NCBI GenBank assembly: GCA_963796455.1
Contig: CAWCLO010000004.1
Coordinates: forward strand, 896,001 to 960,000
DNA length: 64,000 nt
From: Candidatus Sulfomarinibacteraceae bacterium
GTDB taxonomy: Bacteria > Acidobacteriota > Thermoanaerobaculia > Thermoanaerobaculales > Sulfomarinibacteraceae
Direction of reading: 5' to 3'
This document shows positions 19,501-28,632 of the stretch, piece after piece. Each line of letters starts with the position of its first letter. Positions within the stretch are counted from its first letter, which is position 1. Below the pieces are notes generated by a model. The model was not told the origin of the DNA. It worked only from the letters and a program-made list of their open reading frames with translations, and made no database searches. A program made the position numbers and the translations under genes.

Positions 19501-19713
19501 AGGGTCGGAGTCAACGAGCTGAAGCACGACAAACCTGCAGAGTATGAGGAGTTCATCGAGAACGCCACGCCGGAGGAGCTCGAAAGACGGATTGCTGATG
19601 CGGCGGATCCGAGGCTCTCGAAGGCGGCAAAGATCATCGGCTTCACGGCTTTGACGATCGGTCTGTCGTTGATCGCGCTTATCGTGTACACGATGTTTGT
19701 CGGGTATCGCTGA
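16561..19713 (+). CDS. CbcL-like cytochrome: 23 CXXCH hemes fused to a C-terminal FdnI/HydC-type cytochrome b domain
   Basis: Signal peptide; 23 CXXCH counted by eye; TM domain with QRIMH, LHRIGA, YWEKFDYFAVFWG, IIHSDEA, IHFFNTH; GGAGG SD before ATG 16561. Confidence 0.9.
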   Translation: MANRNARIRGRQPDLWVVNSVLFLAVLLSASAAIGQENEDCLMCHEDPELVGERAGEEISVFVDPQGFAVSVHAEFACIDCHMELDGVELPHEDVLEPVDCAMCHDDMAADLAAGPHGKWAVNPASPAAACTSCHGTHDVLETSNPKSPVHPSVVDGVCAKCHPAEPKKVARSPHGAIVDGRPNANCVDCHSGHGVIAPVEPLAQIESCGQCHETVAAQNRASLHGRAAVKGDPAAPNCIICHDHHEILSHTDPAAATNVVNVPMLCGRCHREGTEVSLQHDIPQDRILENFSMSVHGEALFQKGLTVTAVCSSCHTAHNILDHNNPQSSIARENVARTCMTCHARIEEVHVKVIEGRLWEEEPHKVPSCVECHQPHKIRRRAVSPQEASSRRCLECHTNPELSTERDGETVSLFIDEEVYGFTSHAEIACAQCHTEVTPNHAERACATITSRVDCGICHAQAVQEHDTSRHGQLAAAGDADAPTCTDCHGDAHATVEHRLPTSPTYVRNVPELCGTCHGKGESADLRLGDDRDIVATYLDSAHGRGLMGSGLVVSASCIDCHTAHTALPHDDPGSSVNHSRITETCGNCHKGIEEQFKNSIHWADNVVTNEELPTCESCHMSHEITRIDAQGFRMQMMNQCGHCHEDYTETFFETYHGKVTQLGSEGAAKCYDCHGTHNILPAENPDSTLSHWNKVQTCATCHPKAHRQFAGYLTHATHHDKDRYPFLFYSFWFMTILLVTTLSFAVLHTMAWLFRLWRTKDQWIAHKNGGETKFYRRFSLTQRIMHFIMILSFFTLALTGMALKFSYMGWAVVLSRALGGFDTMGTLHRIGAVVLILLFMYHLREVWRDFRGGDKGIFSFIFSKNSLMFNLTDIRQVFESIKWFFGRGPRPEYGRYTYWEKFDYFAVFWGVFVIGSTGLMLWFPEFFTILFPGWALNVATIIHSDEALLAVAFIFTIHFFNTHFRPDKFPMDPVIFTGRVGVNELKHDKPAEYEEFIENATPEELERRIADAADPRLSKAAKIIGFTALTIGLSLIALIVYTMFVGYR

Positions 19714-19740
19714 GAAAATCCGGCCGAGGAATCAACACAC

Positions 19741-19768
19741 AGCCCCCTCGAAAGAGGGGGCTTTTCTT
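19741..19768 (+). terminator. Rho-independent terminator between convergent genes
   Basis: AGCCCCCTC-GAAA-GAGGGGGCT followed by TTTCTT. Confidence 0.85.
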
Positions 19769-20654
19769 ATGCGTCGACGGCCTCCCCGCCCCGTGGGAGA
19801 GCGGTGCCCGAGCGGTTGTAAACCCAGGTCAGCGCGATCGCAAAGAGGGTTGCAGCCACTCCAAGCCCGGCATCAAGCACCCGCGGTGCCGTGAGGGCGA
19901 GGCGGATCATCACTGTCGCCACCGCAAAACCGAAGTAGCGAAAGACCACCGGGTAGGCGACGCTGTAGCGAAGCGAAATCAAGACGATCAGCACGTCGGC
20001 AAAAATCAACACGGTGTAAAAGACCTCAAAGAAGGAGTGTTCGACCGCGCCGTTCCACCATGCCCAGGCGATTTCGGCGCCGATCACCACCAGGCTGGCC
20101 AGCAGTACCAGGGCAATGATCTTTTTTGCCGCCACGAACGACGACTGGTCGTCGGGGTCCTTTGAGATCGGTCGGTGGGTCTGCATGCGAAAATACAGGA
20201 CCAATAACCCGAAAATGATCAGCGCTCCTGAAGCGTCGGACAGAATATAGAGAACCCTCCGGGTTATTTCTCCGGACGAAAGATCCCAAACAATCGGCTC
20301 CGGAAAATAGGTCAGTTCTTTGAACGATTGTCGTATCAGGATCAGGGACATGATCTCGAGTTGTTTCCCGACCGCAATCGCCACCGAATCGGCCAATGCG
20401 AAGACCAGGGATATCACCTCAGCCAACAGAAGTAGATTGAGGGGCAGCAGAATCGCTACGAAGTGGTTTTCCGGGACCGCGTTGTGCAGCCCGGTCGGGA
20501 TCCAACCCTGGCGCCGTATTTCGACGGCCACCAAACCGACCAAAAAGGAAACCACCAGCAGTGTCGCGACCCTCCGTTGCGTGGCGAGCGCATGCCAACG
20601 ATGCTCGAGGGTGTCGAATAACGAGCTTGTCATGCTCAAGCGTCGATTGGACAT
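19767..20654 (-). CDS. Hypothetical polytopic membrane protein
   Basis: About 8 hydrophobic segments; GKQLEIMSLILIRQSFKEL; immediately downstream of the large fusion gene. Start could be 20660, 20654 or 20633. Confidence 0.75.
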   Translation of the reverse strand: MSNRRLSMTSSLFDTLEHRWHALATQRRVATLLVVSFLVGLVAVEIRRQGWIPTGLHNAVPENHFVAILLPLNLLLLAEVISLVFALADSVAIAVGKQLEIMSLILIRQSFKELTYFPEPIVWDLSSGEITRRVLYILSDASGALIIFGLLVLYFRMQTHRPISKDPDDQSSFVAAKKIIALVLLASLVVIGAEIAWAWWNGAVEHSFFEVFYTVLIFADVLIVLISLRYSVAYPVVFRYFGFAVATVMIRLALTAPRVLDAGLGVAATLFAIALTWVYNRSGTALPRGGEAVDA

Positions 20655-20656
20655 CT

Positions 20657-23600
20657 TCAATCCTCTGAAGTTTCAACCAACGATTGATAAAGTCCGGCAT
20701 ATCTCCGTTCGACGGTGAAACCCATGCGGTAGAAGAATTGGGGCCTGAAGAAACCGGTGGTCAGCGAAGTGAATCCTGCCGTACGCAGGCGATTACGCAG
20801 CTCCTCCAACAGGGCGCCTGCAATGCCTCGGCCCTGGAAGTGATCGGCGACAACGATCTTGTCCATGTGGGCGGTATGGGCTTCGCTGTCCTCTTCATAA
20901 AATAGCCCGCCGATGAGGCTGCCGCGGTCGCTCAGAACCACCAGGAAACGGTGCTCGGGGCGGAATTGGACCGGCATCTTTGCGCTCAGGAAGAGCCGGT
21001 GGAGGCGACCGACTTCTTTGGGACTGAGCGCGTGGCGAATCTGATAGCGTTCTCCGTCGCCGTCCTCGTGAGTGACCACCATCTCGCTCTGTTGGGTTCC
21101 TCCGGTCGCCGCTGCAACGTATTCGACTTCGTCGTCCGGTCGGAGATATGGGTACGAAAGGCGGGCGAGGAAGTAATCCTCCTCCGCGTCGAGGGTCAGG
21201 TGAGCCCGGAGGTCGGCGACGGCGGAGCTGAGTTCGTCGGTATTGAGTTCGCCGCTGCGAAGCCGTGCTATCAGCTCCTCCAGACCGCTGGCAAGGACTT
21301 CGGAACTTTCTCTGAAGACGGTTTCGCGGAAGAACCGGGCTCGCGCTTCGGGGTAATTCGGCTGAAGACTACCGAGACCATAGGTCATGAAGATCTCCTG
21401 CAGCGTCTCGGCTCTGGCAGTCAGGGTCGCGTCGGAGTTCAATCGTTGCCAGCGGCGGTATCTCCTTGCTGCAAAGAACAGCCGCCGCGGGAGAAAGCCG
21501 CGTCGGCCCACCGACTCGAGAAAAACTTCGAGGCTCTCCGCCATCTCCTGATCTTCGGTCAGTGCCGATTCGAGAACCACGCGCAGCAGCGCGGCCCCCT
21601 CCTGTTCGCCGACAACTTCGAGCACCGCAGAAAATAGGATCTTCCAATTGGCGACACCCTCGAGTTCCGGGTGCTCCGCTTCGACCGGTTTGATGAAGTG
21701 GCGCTCGAAATTTCGCAGCATGGTTGGCAGCGAATCGAATGGAGCTCGGGAGGAAATCGAAACCAATCGCGCGCCGGTGTGGTAATCGTGCATGGGAACG
21801 ATGACATTTGCCGGTGAAGGGTCGGATACCACAAGGCGGCGTCCGGTGCGGTTCCAAAAATCCACATAGGCGCTGACTGCCGACCACGCGGCGAAGGGCC
21901 ACCAATCGATGAGGCGATCGGGCTGGTCGGGGTGTTTGCGCGCCAGACGCTGAAGGGCGTGGTCGAGGGTCTCGCCGGGGATGAACTCCTCGGTCCAGAG
22001 ATCGTGCTCGGGCCATGCGCCGCCGAAGATCTCCACCAGCGGACCCACTCCCTGGGCCTCGCTGCACACGATCAGCCAGTTGATCTCCTCTTCGGCGACA
22101 TCGCTCGGCAGGTCGCGGTTGAGGTTGAGCGCGAGATTTAACTGTTCTCGGTCGCGGGTCCTGATCGCAACCCGATAAACGGACTTGCCATGTGAGGATC
22201 CGAGAAGCCTTACCCAGACTCCACCGGGAAGGATATCGTCAAGGCGAACTGTCTGGGGTGTGTTGCCGAAGAGGAACGACGCTTCGCGCAGGACGGGCAC
22301 CGATTGCAGGGCCTGCAATATGCGGGTCTGGGCCTCGTCGTCGACGTCGTCGGAAAACTCGACCACGTCCTCCCAGCGGTATTCGAGACCGGTCTCCGAA
22401 TCGACCGCCACCCTCGATGGGGAACCGAGCCAGATTCTGAAGCCCTGCGCCAGCTTTCTCTTGCCCTCTGCGGCGAGTTCCCGCGCTTCCGGGAGATCAT
22501 TGATCATCACCGCCCGGGTGAAGAAGCCCCGCAGGCGACGGTACTGGCTGGGGTGGGACGAACCATACCTCGAGAGAAAGTCACACATCGGTTGTAACGA
22601 CGGATCGAGCTTGTCCTTCGATCGATGGCACCGATCCTCCGCCTCGTCGATAAAGGCGGAGATCCGATCGGACGACAGATCGCGGTCCACCAGAACCGAG
22701 ATCGTGTCACTGTCGAGCAGGTTCTCACCGCTATCGAGAAAGCGGCCGAGTGTTCTGCGATAGCGGGATGGGATCTCCGCCGTAGCCACGACCTGAAACG
22801 CACGACGGCGGACGGTGACGGATCGTGAATCGGCGCCGCGGCGGAGAATACGTAAAACGTATTCGGTGAACTCGTTGTGTTCGATGTGCAGCAGATGATC
22901 GAGGATCTTGACCGCCGCCACCGCGATGTCGTCGTCGTCCGCCGAGAGCAAGAGAGCGGCACGGTGGAGATCCAGTAGCTCGACCTCCTGTCGCCGGAGC
23001 AACATTGGGATCGCCTCACGATCTTCTGCGGTCGCCTCATAGTTGCCGGCTTGGCGGAGCCAATCGGCGGACACGCTGCGGCGCCGCCGCCGGTTGCGCT
23101 GAACCGGTTCCAAAGGCGCAAACTTCACCAGCTCGTCGTTGCCGAGCCACAGGCGCGGAACCGACAGAAGGTGTCCGAGATCGATAGCCCGTCGGTAGGG
23201 TCGGTAAACGGCTGAACCGATACGCACCGCATCTTCGCCCTCGCGCCGGATAGTGAGTGCAGAGGCGTGTGACGTCAGAAAAAGCTGATCACCTTCGATC
23301 CGGAGATCCTGGGCGGTGATTCCGAGCGCCTGGAAGATCCAGTTGGGCACGACCACCGTGGCGTCGCCCACATTGAGGTGGCGGCGCCGATAGAGGAGGC
23401 TGATCTGTTCGGAAAAGGACCGTTCGATTGTCTTGCGGCGGTAGGTGCCTTTTGGGGTGAGCTCACCGCGATCGCCCGAGAAATCCCGGTCGATGATGGC
23501 GAAGTCGATGATGCGCTCATAGGGAGCGAGGAAGGAGTTCGCGCTGACCACGAGTGAACGGAAGTGGCTCTTGAGGTCATCCGGAGACAACGACCCGAGA

Positions 23601-25420
23601 TCGAGTTCCTTGAAATCGGCGTTGGGATAGATCAGTGCGGTGTTGTAGGGCCGGTGGTCGCCGACCAGAAAAATCCGTTCAACCGAATCAAAATCGCGGA
23701 AAAGATTCTCGACCTTTTGTGGCGCGATGGTTTCGCCGTGGATATTTTTGTAGATCTCCTTTTTACGATCGACGATTCGGATGAAGCCTTCCTCGTCCCG
23801 TTCCATCAGATCGCCGGTGTGGAACCATCCGTCGTCGTCAAAGGAGGGCGTGTCATCGGGAGGATCGAGATATCCGACCATGACGTACGGGCCACGGATG
23901 ATCAACTCGCCGTCATCCGCCAGGTCGATCTCGACACCGGGCAGGGCCGGGCCGAGTGAATCCTCCTTGTAGCGCCCGGGCGGGGTCATCGTGATCCCGC
24001 CGGTCGCTTCAGTCATGCCGAACCCACTCATCAGCTCAACGCCGTTGCGCTGGAAGAACCGAAAGATCTCCGGATCCAGATAACCCGCCGCGGACAATCC
24101 CCAACGCAGCCCGCTGCCGACCACCGCCCTGACAGCGGTCTGGACCTCGTCATCGTCGGCGGCGACGACATCGACGCTCTGCCGTACCTGGTCATACAGC
24201 TGCATCCATTTCATCGGGACGCTGATCAGGACGGTGGCCTCGTCTTCGCGCATTTGGCGCGCCAGCGTGTCGATGCTTGGATCTTCCGCAAAGCAATAAG
24301 TGGCGCCCCAGAAGATGCACCCGGTCATTTCCAGGAAGCGACCGAAGGTGTGGAAGAGGGGAAGATAGCTGAGAAAGACATCGTCCTCGCCGATTTTTGG
24401 CAAGGCGAGGGCGCGCGCGAATCGTTTGAAAACGATGTTGCGCTGGGTGAAACAGATTCCCTTGGGTGTGCCGGTGGTGCCGGAGGTATACATGACCGAC
24501 GCGACATCGTCGATTTTTTGCTTCAGCCGCCGGTCGGCAAGCTCCTGCGCCGTGATCTCGGATGATCGGGCGAGCAGTTGATCGAAAGCCACCACCTCTC
24601 TGTGACCCGAGCCGGCCGCGGGGTCGAATACGAAAATCGCCTCGAGACCCGGGAGTTGGTCCCGTACGTTGAGGACCTTCTGCAATTGTTCCTTGTCGGA
24701 GACCACAAGGGCACCGACATTCGCATGGTCGAGGATGTAGGCGACATCGGTTTCGGTGGCGGTGGCAGGTACGATCACGTTGCGGATGCCCGAGGTCAGA
24801 CAGGCGAGATCGGCGAGGGCCATTTCGAGGCTGTTCCCCGACAGGATCGCGAGCGGCCGATCATCCAGAGGGGCGGTGGCTGCGAGGAGCGCGCGGGCGA
24901 TGAGATCGACTCTTCCGGCCACCTGCCACCAACTGATTTTCCGCGTCGAACCGTCGGCAGGGACCCGGAACAATGTTCGTTCACCATAACCCGCCGCTCG
25001 TTGTACAAAGAGGTGGCCGAAGGTGAAATTGGAGGCCTCAATCAGGGCAAGTATCCGATGCGCCCAATCGTCGGTTGTGCCTTCGCCGGTGATTCGTTGC
25101 AGAACGGCGGATCGTCGGAGCACATCCAGGAGTTGCCAGGAGATCCGCCGAACTGCCGGATCGTCGCCTTGTTCCTTGCCACGGTCGAGACATCGTTGGG
25201 TGAGGATCTCGAGGCATTCCAGGGGAAGGTGATCGAGGAGCGGATCTCCGTCGCGGCGATCGGCCAGGAGATCGACGATCTCGGAATCGTCACCGAATTC
25301 CAGAACCGGCGACGAGGCGAGGGATTCGACGATCTTGGAGAGCTTGATAGAGGCCTCTTCGGGGGCCAGTTCTCGGAGGTCGTCGAATGGGATCGTGTTG
25401 TGAGTTTGAGTTTCATCCAT
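20657..25420 (-). CDS. Long-chain acyl-CoA synthetase fused to helical region, kinase-like domain and C-terminal GNAT domain
   Basis: YTSGTTGTPKG, LPLFHTFG, GFGMTE, WFHTGD, DRKKE, ELTPKGT; WTEEFIPGETL and SDPSPANVIV; KIVVADHFQGRGIAGALL..FFYRMGF. Confidence 0.85.
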   Translation of the reverse strand: MDETQTHNTIPFDDLRELAPEEASIKLSKIVESLASSPVLEFGDDSEIVDLLADRRDGDPLLDHLPLECLEILTQRCLDRGKEQGDDPAVRRISWQLLDVLRRSAVLQRITGEGTTDDWAHRILALIEASNFTFGHLFVQRAAGYGERTLFRVPADGSTRKISWWQVAGRVDLIARALLAATAPLDDRPLAILSGNSLEMALADLACLTSGIRNVIVPATATETDVAYILDHANVGALVVSDKEQLQKVLNVRDQLPGLEAIFVFDPAAGSGHREVVAFDQLLARSSEITAQELADRRLKQKIDDVASVMYTSGTTGTPKGICFTQRNIVFKRFARALALPKIGEDDVFLSYLPLFHTFGRFLEMTGCIFWGATYCFAEDPSIDTLARQMREDEATVLISVPMKWMQLYDQVRQSVDVVAADDDEVQTAVRAVVGSGLRWGLSAAGYLDPEIFRFFQRNGVELMSGFGMTEATGGITMTPPGRYKEDSLGPALPGVEIDLADDGELIIRGPYVMVGYLDPPDDTPSFDDDGWFHTGDLMERDEEGFIRIVDRKKEIYKNIHGETIAPQKVENLFRDFDSVERIFLVGDHRPYNTALIYPNADFKELDLGSLSPDDLKSHFRSLVVSANSFLAPYERIIDFAIIDRDFSGDRGELTPKGTYRRKTIERSFSEQISLLYRRRHLNVGDATVVVPNWIFQALGITAQDLRIEGDQLFLTSHASALTIRREGEDAVRIGSAVYRPYRRAIDLGHLLSVPRLWLGNDELVKFAPLEPVQRNRRRRRSVSADWLRQAGNYEATAEDREAIPMLLRRQEVELLDLHRAALLLSADDDDIAVAAVKILDHLLHIEHNEFTEYVLRILRRGADSRSVTVRRRAFQVVATAEIPSRYRRTLGRFLDSGENLLDSDTISVLVDRDLSSDRISAFIDEAEDRCHRSKDKLDPSLQPMCDFLSRYGSSHPSQYRRLRGFFTRAVMINDLPEARELAAEGKRKLAQGFRIWLGSPSRVAVDSETGLEYRWEDVVEFSDDVDDEAQTRILQALQSVPVLREASFLFGNTPQTVRLDDILPGGVWVRLLGSSHGKSVYRVAIRTRDREQLNLALNLNRDLPSDVAEEEINWLIVCSEAQGVGPLVEIFGGAWPEHDLWTEEFIPGETLDHALQRLARKHPDQPDRLIDWWPFAAWSAVSAYVDFWNRTGRRLVVSDPSPANVIVPMHDYHTGARLVSISSRAPFDSLPTMLRNFERHFIKPVEAEHPELEGVANWKILFSAVLEVVGEQEGAALLRVVLESALTEDQEMAESLEVFLESVGRRGFLPRRLFFAARRYRRWQRLNSDATLTARAETLQEIFMTYGLGSLQPNYPEARARFFRETVFRESSEVLASGLEELIARLRSGELNTDELSSAVADLRAHLTLDAEEDYFLARLSYPYLRPDDEVEYVAAATGGTQQSEMVVTHEDGDGERYQIRHALSPKEVGRLHRLFLSAKMPVQFRPEHRFLVVLSDRGSLIGGLFYEEDSEAHTAHMDKIVVADHFQGRGIAGALLEELRNRLRTAGFTSLTTGFFRPQFFYRMGFTVERRYAGLYQSLVETSED

Positions 25421-25716
25421 ACGGCGGATGATACCCGTGTATCAGACAGTTGAGAAGCAGCGGTTTGAGGGGACGACACGCCGGTTTGTCCACGAGCTTC
25501 CAGCAAGAATCCGAACCGTCGAAGGAAATGTTCGTCGAGACTCCCACTGGGCGCTCGATAATGACCCACGGCGGGGAGACCGCAGATCACGCGGATGAGA
25601 AAGCAGAAACCTAACCCAATACCACCCGATCTCGATTGACATGAGGTCGTGCTGGTTGTGGCAACACCGGCTGAAGGTCATTGTGAGCGGCGGTGCCGGA
25701 TGATTCTTCAATATGT

Positions 25717-25862
25717 TGTCATCCTGAGCGGAGGCGAAGCCGAAGTCGAAGGATCTGCGTTTTCGGATTTTTCCGTCGATGCTATAGATCCTTCGACTAC
25801 GCCCCTTCCGGCTTCGCCTTTCAGGCTACGCCGTGACAAGGCGGGGCTCCGCTCAGGATGAC
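25717..25862. repeat. Dispersed copy of the TGTCATCCTGAGCG palindromic element with a second REP motif inserted
   Basis: TGTCATCCTGAGCG 25717-25730 / CGCTCAGGATGAC 25850-25862; GTCGAAGGATCT/AGATCCTTCGAC inner IR; GGCTACGCCGTGACAAG at 25824-25840. Confidence 0.88.
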
Positions 25863-25906
25863 GTTGAGAGACGCCGCCCCCGGAAAGTCATGATGTGGAG
25901 TCGGTG

Positions 25907-25996
25907 AGCGCCGGAGGCGCGACAGATAATGAGCCTGGGGCGTGAGCCCCAGGTACCGGGCCTAAAATTAGAATCAGCCCCGGAGGGGCGACAGAT
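25907..25996. repeat. REP-like hairpin triplet
   Basis: AGCGCC-GGA-GGCGCGACAGAT; CCTGGGGC-GTGA-GCCCCAGG; AGCCCC-GGA-GGGGCGACAGAT. Confidence 0.75.
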
Positions 25997-26092
25997 CCAT
26001 CGCCTGGACCTGACGGATGAACTCAACACCGTGTCCCGCCCGTTCCGAACGCAGCCTCATTTCCTGGAGCCTGCTGGTCTTCGAGGTGGGAG

Positions 26093-26344
26093 TCAGTCGA
26101 CCAACAGTGTCGCGATCCACCCGTCCCGGTAGTCGATGATGCGCCACTCGACCCCGTTGTAGGTAAACTCGTCACCGATTCCCGGCTCCTCCGAGAGATA
26201 CAAGATCATCGAGTCGGGGGATTGATTCTCCCAGGTGGCGTCAATCAACGATTGTGCACTGCTCGGCGCCGCTGAATCACCGGCGCCCAATAGCAGGACC
26301 CGGTTGCCGGATTCGGATTCATCGAGTTCGATCCGTGAAGACAT
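26093..26344 (-). CDS. Small hypothetical protein
   Basis: 83 aa acidic ORF with globular composition (IGDEFTYNGVEWRIIDY), occupying an intergenic gap. Confidence 0.6.
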   Translation of the reverse strand: MSSRIELDESESGNRVLLLGAGDSAAPSSAQSLIDATWENQSPDSMILYLSEEPGIGDEFTYNGVEWRIIDYRDGWIATLLVD

Positions 26345-26406
26345 GATTCGAGTGTACCGGGTTTCCCCAGGGGGATGTAGGATCGACCCTGGCGGGAGGG
26401 GTTGTC

Positions 26407-27246
26407 ATGAAACGACTGGAAGACCAGGTCGTCTTGATTTCGGGTTGTTCAACGGGCATCGGCAGAGCTCTGGCGATCGAGTTCGCCGACCGCGGTCACC
26501 GTGTCATGGCAACTGCACGAAAGCTCGAGAGCCTTGAAGATCTGCAACACCCAGGGTTCGAGAAGGTGAAGCTCGATGTGACGTCTGAGTCCGATATCAA
26601 GGCCGCCATGACCGCGACTCTCGACTGGACCGGCAGGATTGACATTCTGGTCAACAACGCGGGCTATGGGCTCATCGGACCGATGGCCGAAATCGACCTC
26701 AACAACCTGCGAAGCCAATTTGAAACAAATGTCGTTGGTCTGGTGGCACTGACTCAGGCTGTGCTGCCGGGGATGATCAAGAGGAAATCCGGCAGGATCG
26801 TCAATATCGGCAGCGTGTCGGGGGTGGCCGCTGCCCCCTTCGGCGGCGCCTATTCCGGCAGCAAGGCTGCGGTCCATTTGCTTTCGGATGCGCTCCGCGT
26901 GGAGGTCGCGCCTTTCGGGGTGGAGGTGATCACCGTACAGCCGGGTGCCATCGCGACGGATTTCGCTTCGACCGCGAGCCGCGGAATCGATTGTTATTGC
27001 GATGGGTCCCGCTACGCAGAGGTCTTCGATGCGATCGAAATGAGGGCGAAATTTTCCGACCATGTTTCGATTCCGATCGCAGATTTCGCCCGCCGGGTCG
27101 TAGAGGCTGTGACGAGGGGTCGACCACCCGCGATCTATCGCCTCGGTGCCGGGTCACGAGCGCTGCCCTTGCTGGCGAAGTTGCCCACGTGGCTGCGTGA
27201 TCGCATTCTCTCCCGCCGATTCGGGTTGGGAAGACTTGCGGGATAG
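26407..27246 (+). CDS. SDR-family oxidoreductase
   Basis: ISGCSTGIG, LVNNAG, YSGSK, VQPG; GGAGG SD. Confidence 0.95.
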   Translation: MKRLEDQVVLISGCSTGIGRALAIEFADRGHRVMATARKLESLEDLQHPGFEKVKLDVTSESDIKAAMTATLDWTGRIDILVNNAGYGLIGPMAEIDLNNLRSQFETNVVGLVALTQAVLPGMIKRKSGRIVNIGSVSGVAAAPFGGAYSGSKAAVHLLSDALRVEVAPFGVEVITVQPGAIATDFASTASRGIDCYCDGSRYAEVFDAIEMRAKFSDHVSIPIADFARRVVEAVTRGRPPAIYRLGAGSRALPLLAKLPTWLRDRILSRRFGLGRLAG

Positions 27247-27340
27247 CCTATGGGGTTATAAAGCCATGGGCGGGCCATGACTCGCGTCAGCGAAGACAAA
27301 CGGCGTGTGCGTCGGGATCTAAGCCGGGGTTTTCGACCGG

Positions 27341-27395
27341 CCATAGCCTCATAGCCCCATAGCCCCATAGCCCCATTGCTTCATTGCCCCGCAGC
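27341..27395. repeat. 8-mer CATAGCCC tandem repeat
   Basis: ccatagcctcatagccccatagccccatagccccattgcttcattgcccc. Confidence 0.75.
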
Positions 27396-27447
27396 CTCCA
27401 CCGTTCGAGTACAATACCCGCGCCGCGACTGCGGCCCGAGGAGCATC

Positions 27448-28632
27448 ATGATCAACGAAAACGAACTCGAATTGTGGGCAGGCTTTCTGCTCGACCATTC
27501 CCTCGGCGGAATCACCGCCGACGACCGGGTGATGATCAAGGGCGAGGCCGTGTGCTGGCCGCTGATGGCGGTCCTTGAACGCAAGGTCATCGAAGCCGGT
27601 GGGGTCCCTGATGTTTTTCTGGTGCCGCCGAATAACGAGCGCGGCCGGGTGTGGTCGGCGACCATGGCCCGAGGCGGATCGCCGCAACAATTGGCGAGTG
27701 TCCCGGATTGGCATGGCGAGCGCTACGAAAGCATGACCAAATATGTCGAGGTTCTCGGATCTGAGGACCCAAACCAATTCATGGGTCTGCCCGCAGAACA
27801 GGCGCAGGCCCTGGCCGCAGCGGATCGACCCTTTGCTAACACCCGGCTTTCCAAGTCCTGGGTGATCACTCTCTTTCCGACCGCCGCCTCGGCCGAACTC
27901 GAAGAGATGGACTACAACGAATACGAGCGCTTTATCGTCGCTGCATCGACCACTGATCCGCGCCCTCTCCTCGAGGCCGAAAAGAAATTGGCGCCGGTCA
28001 TCGATAACGGAACCTCCGTCCGGATCGTGACCGAGCATCCTCACGAAAAACGTGATCTGGTTCTGGAAATCGATATCTCCCACGGCCACGCCGTGATGTC
28101 ATACGGGCTGCGAAACTTCCCCGACGGCGAGATCTTCACCAGCCCGAGTGCCAACGCGACCAGGGGCGAGATATTTGTCGATCTTCCGGTTAACTACGGC
28201 GGCAACGACATCGAGGGGATCTATCTGAAATTCACCGATGGTTTGATCGTCGATTACAAGGCCGATGTCGGGCACGAACACCTCAGTGCGATCATCGAAA
28301 CCGACGAAGGCTCGCACCGGCTCGGTGAGGTCGCCCTCGGGATGAACCCCGGCCTCGACAAGGTCCTTAAACACCCGCTTTTTGTCGAAAAGGTCGGCGG
28401 AACCCTTCACATCGCGATCGGAGCCAGCTACGAGGATTGCTATGTCAAGGACGCAAGCACCGACGAGGGCAAGACGAAGATCGCCGAGCTCGCGGAAGCA
28501 GGCATCCTCAACCGATCGGCTCAACACGTCGACATCGTGACGGATTTCAGACCCGGCGGTTGCGGGCGTTCGGTCCAAGTAGATGAGGTGGTGCTCGAGC
28601 CGCGCAACGGTGTGTGGGAGGTAGCGGAATGA
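27448..28632 (+). CDS. M29-family (AmpS/AmpT-like) aminopeptidase
   Basis: NFPDGEIFTSP, LGEVALG, LFVEKVGGTLHIAIGASY, NRSAQHVD; GAGGAG SD before ATG 27448. Confidence 0.9.
   Translation: MINENELELWAGFLLDHSLGGITADDRVMIKGEAVCWPLMAVLERKVIEAGGVPDVFLVPPNNERGRVWSATMARGGSPQQLASVPDWHGERYESMTKYVEVLGSEDPNQFMGLPAEQAQALAAADRPFANTRLSKSWVITLFPTAASAELEEMDYNEYERFIVAASTTDPRPLLEAEKKLAPVIDNGTSVRIVTEHPHEKRDLVLEIDISHGHAVMSYGLRNFPDGEIFTSPSANATRGEIFVDLPVNYGGNDIEGIYLKFTDGLIVDYKADVGHEHLSAIIETDEGSHRLGEVALGMNPGLDKVLKHPLFVEKVGGTLHIAIGASYEDCYVKDASTDEGKTKIAELAEAGILNRSAQHVDIVTDFRPGGCGRSVQVDEVVLEPRNGVWEVAE

Noticed and set aside
17833..19527. Long antisense ORFs (also 52951-54906, 30777-32030, 28521-29834)
   Set aside because: They lie opposite well-supported genes and have no motifs; expected in GC-rich DNA.
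25421..25716. Remnant nuclease or transposase gene beside the palindromic repeats
   Set aside because: The listed ORFs show no GIY-YIG, HUH or GxxExxY motif; only a partial CGCAGATCACGCGGAT repeat is visible.
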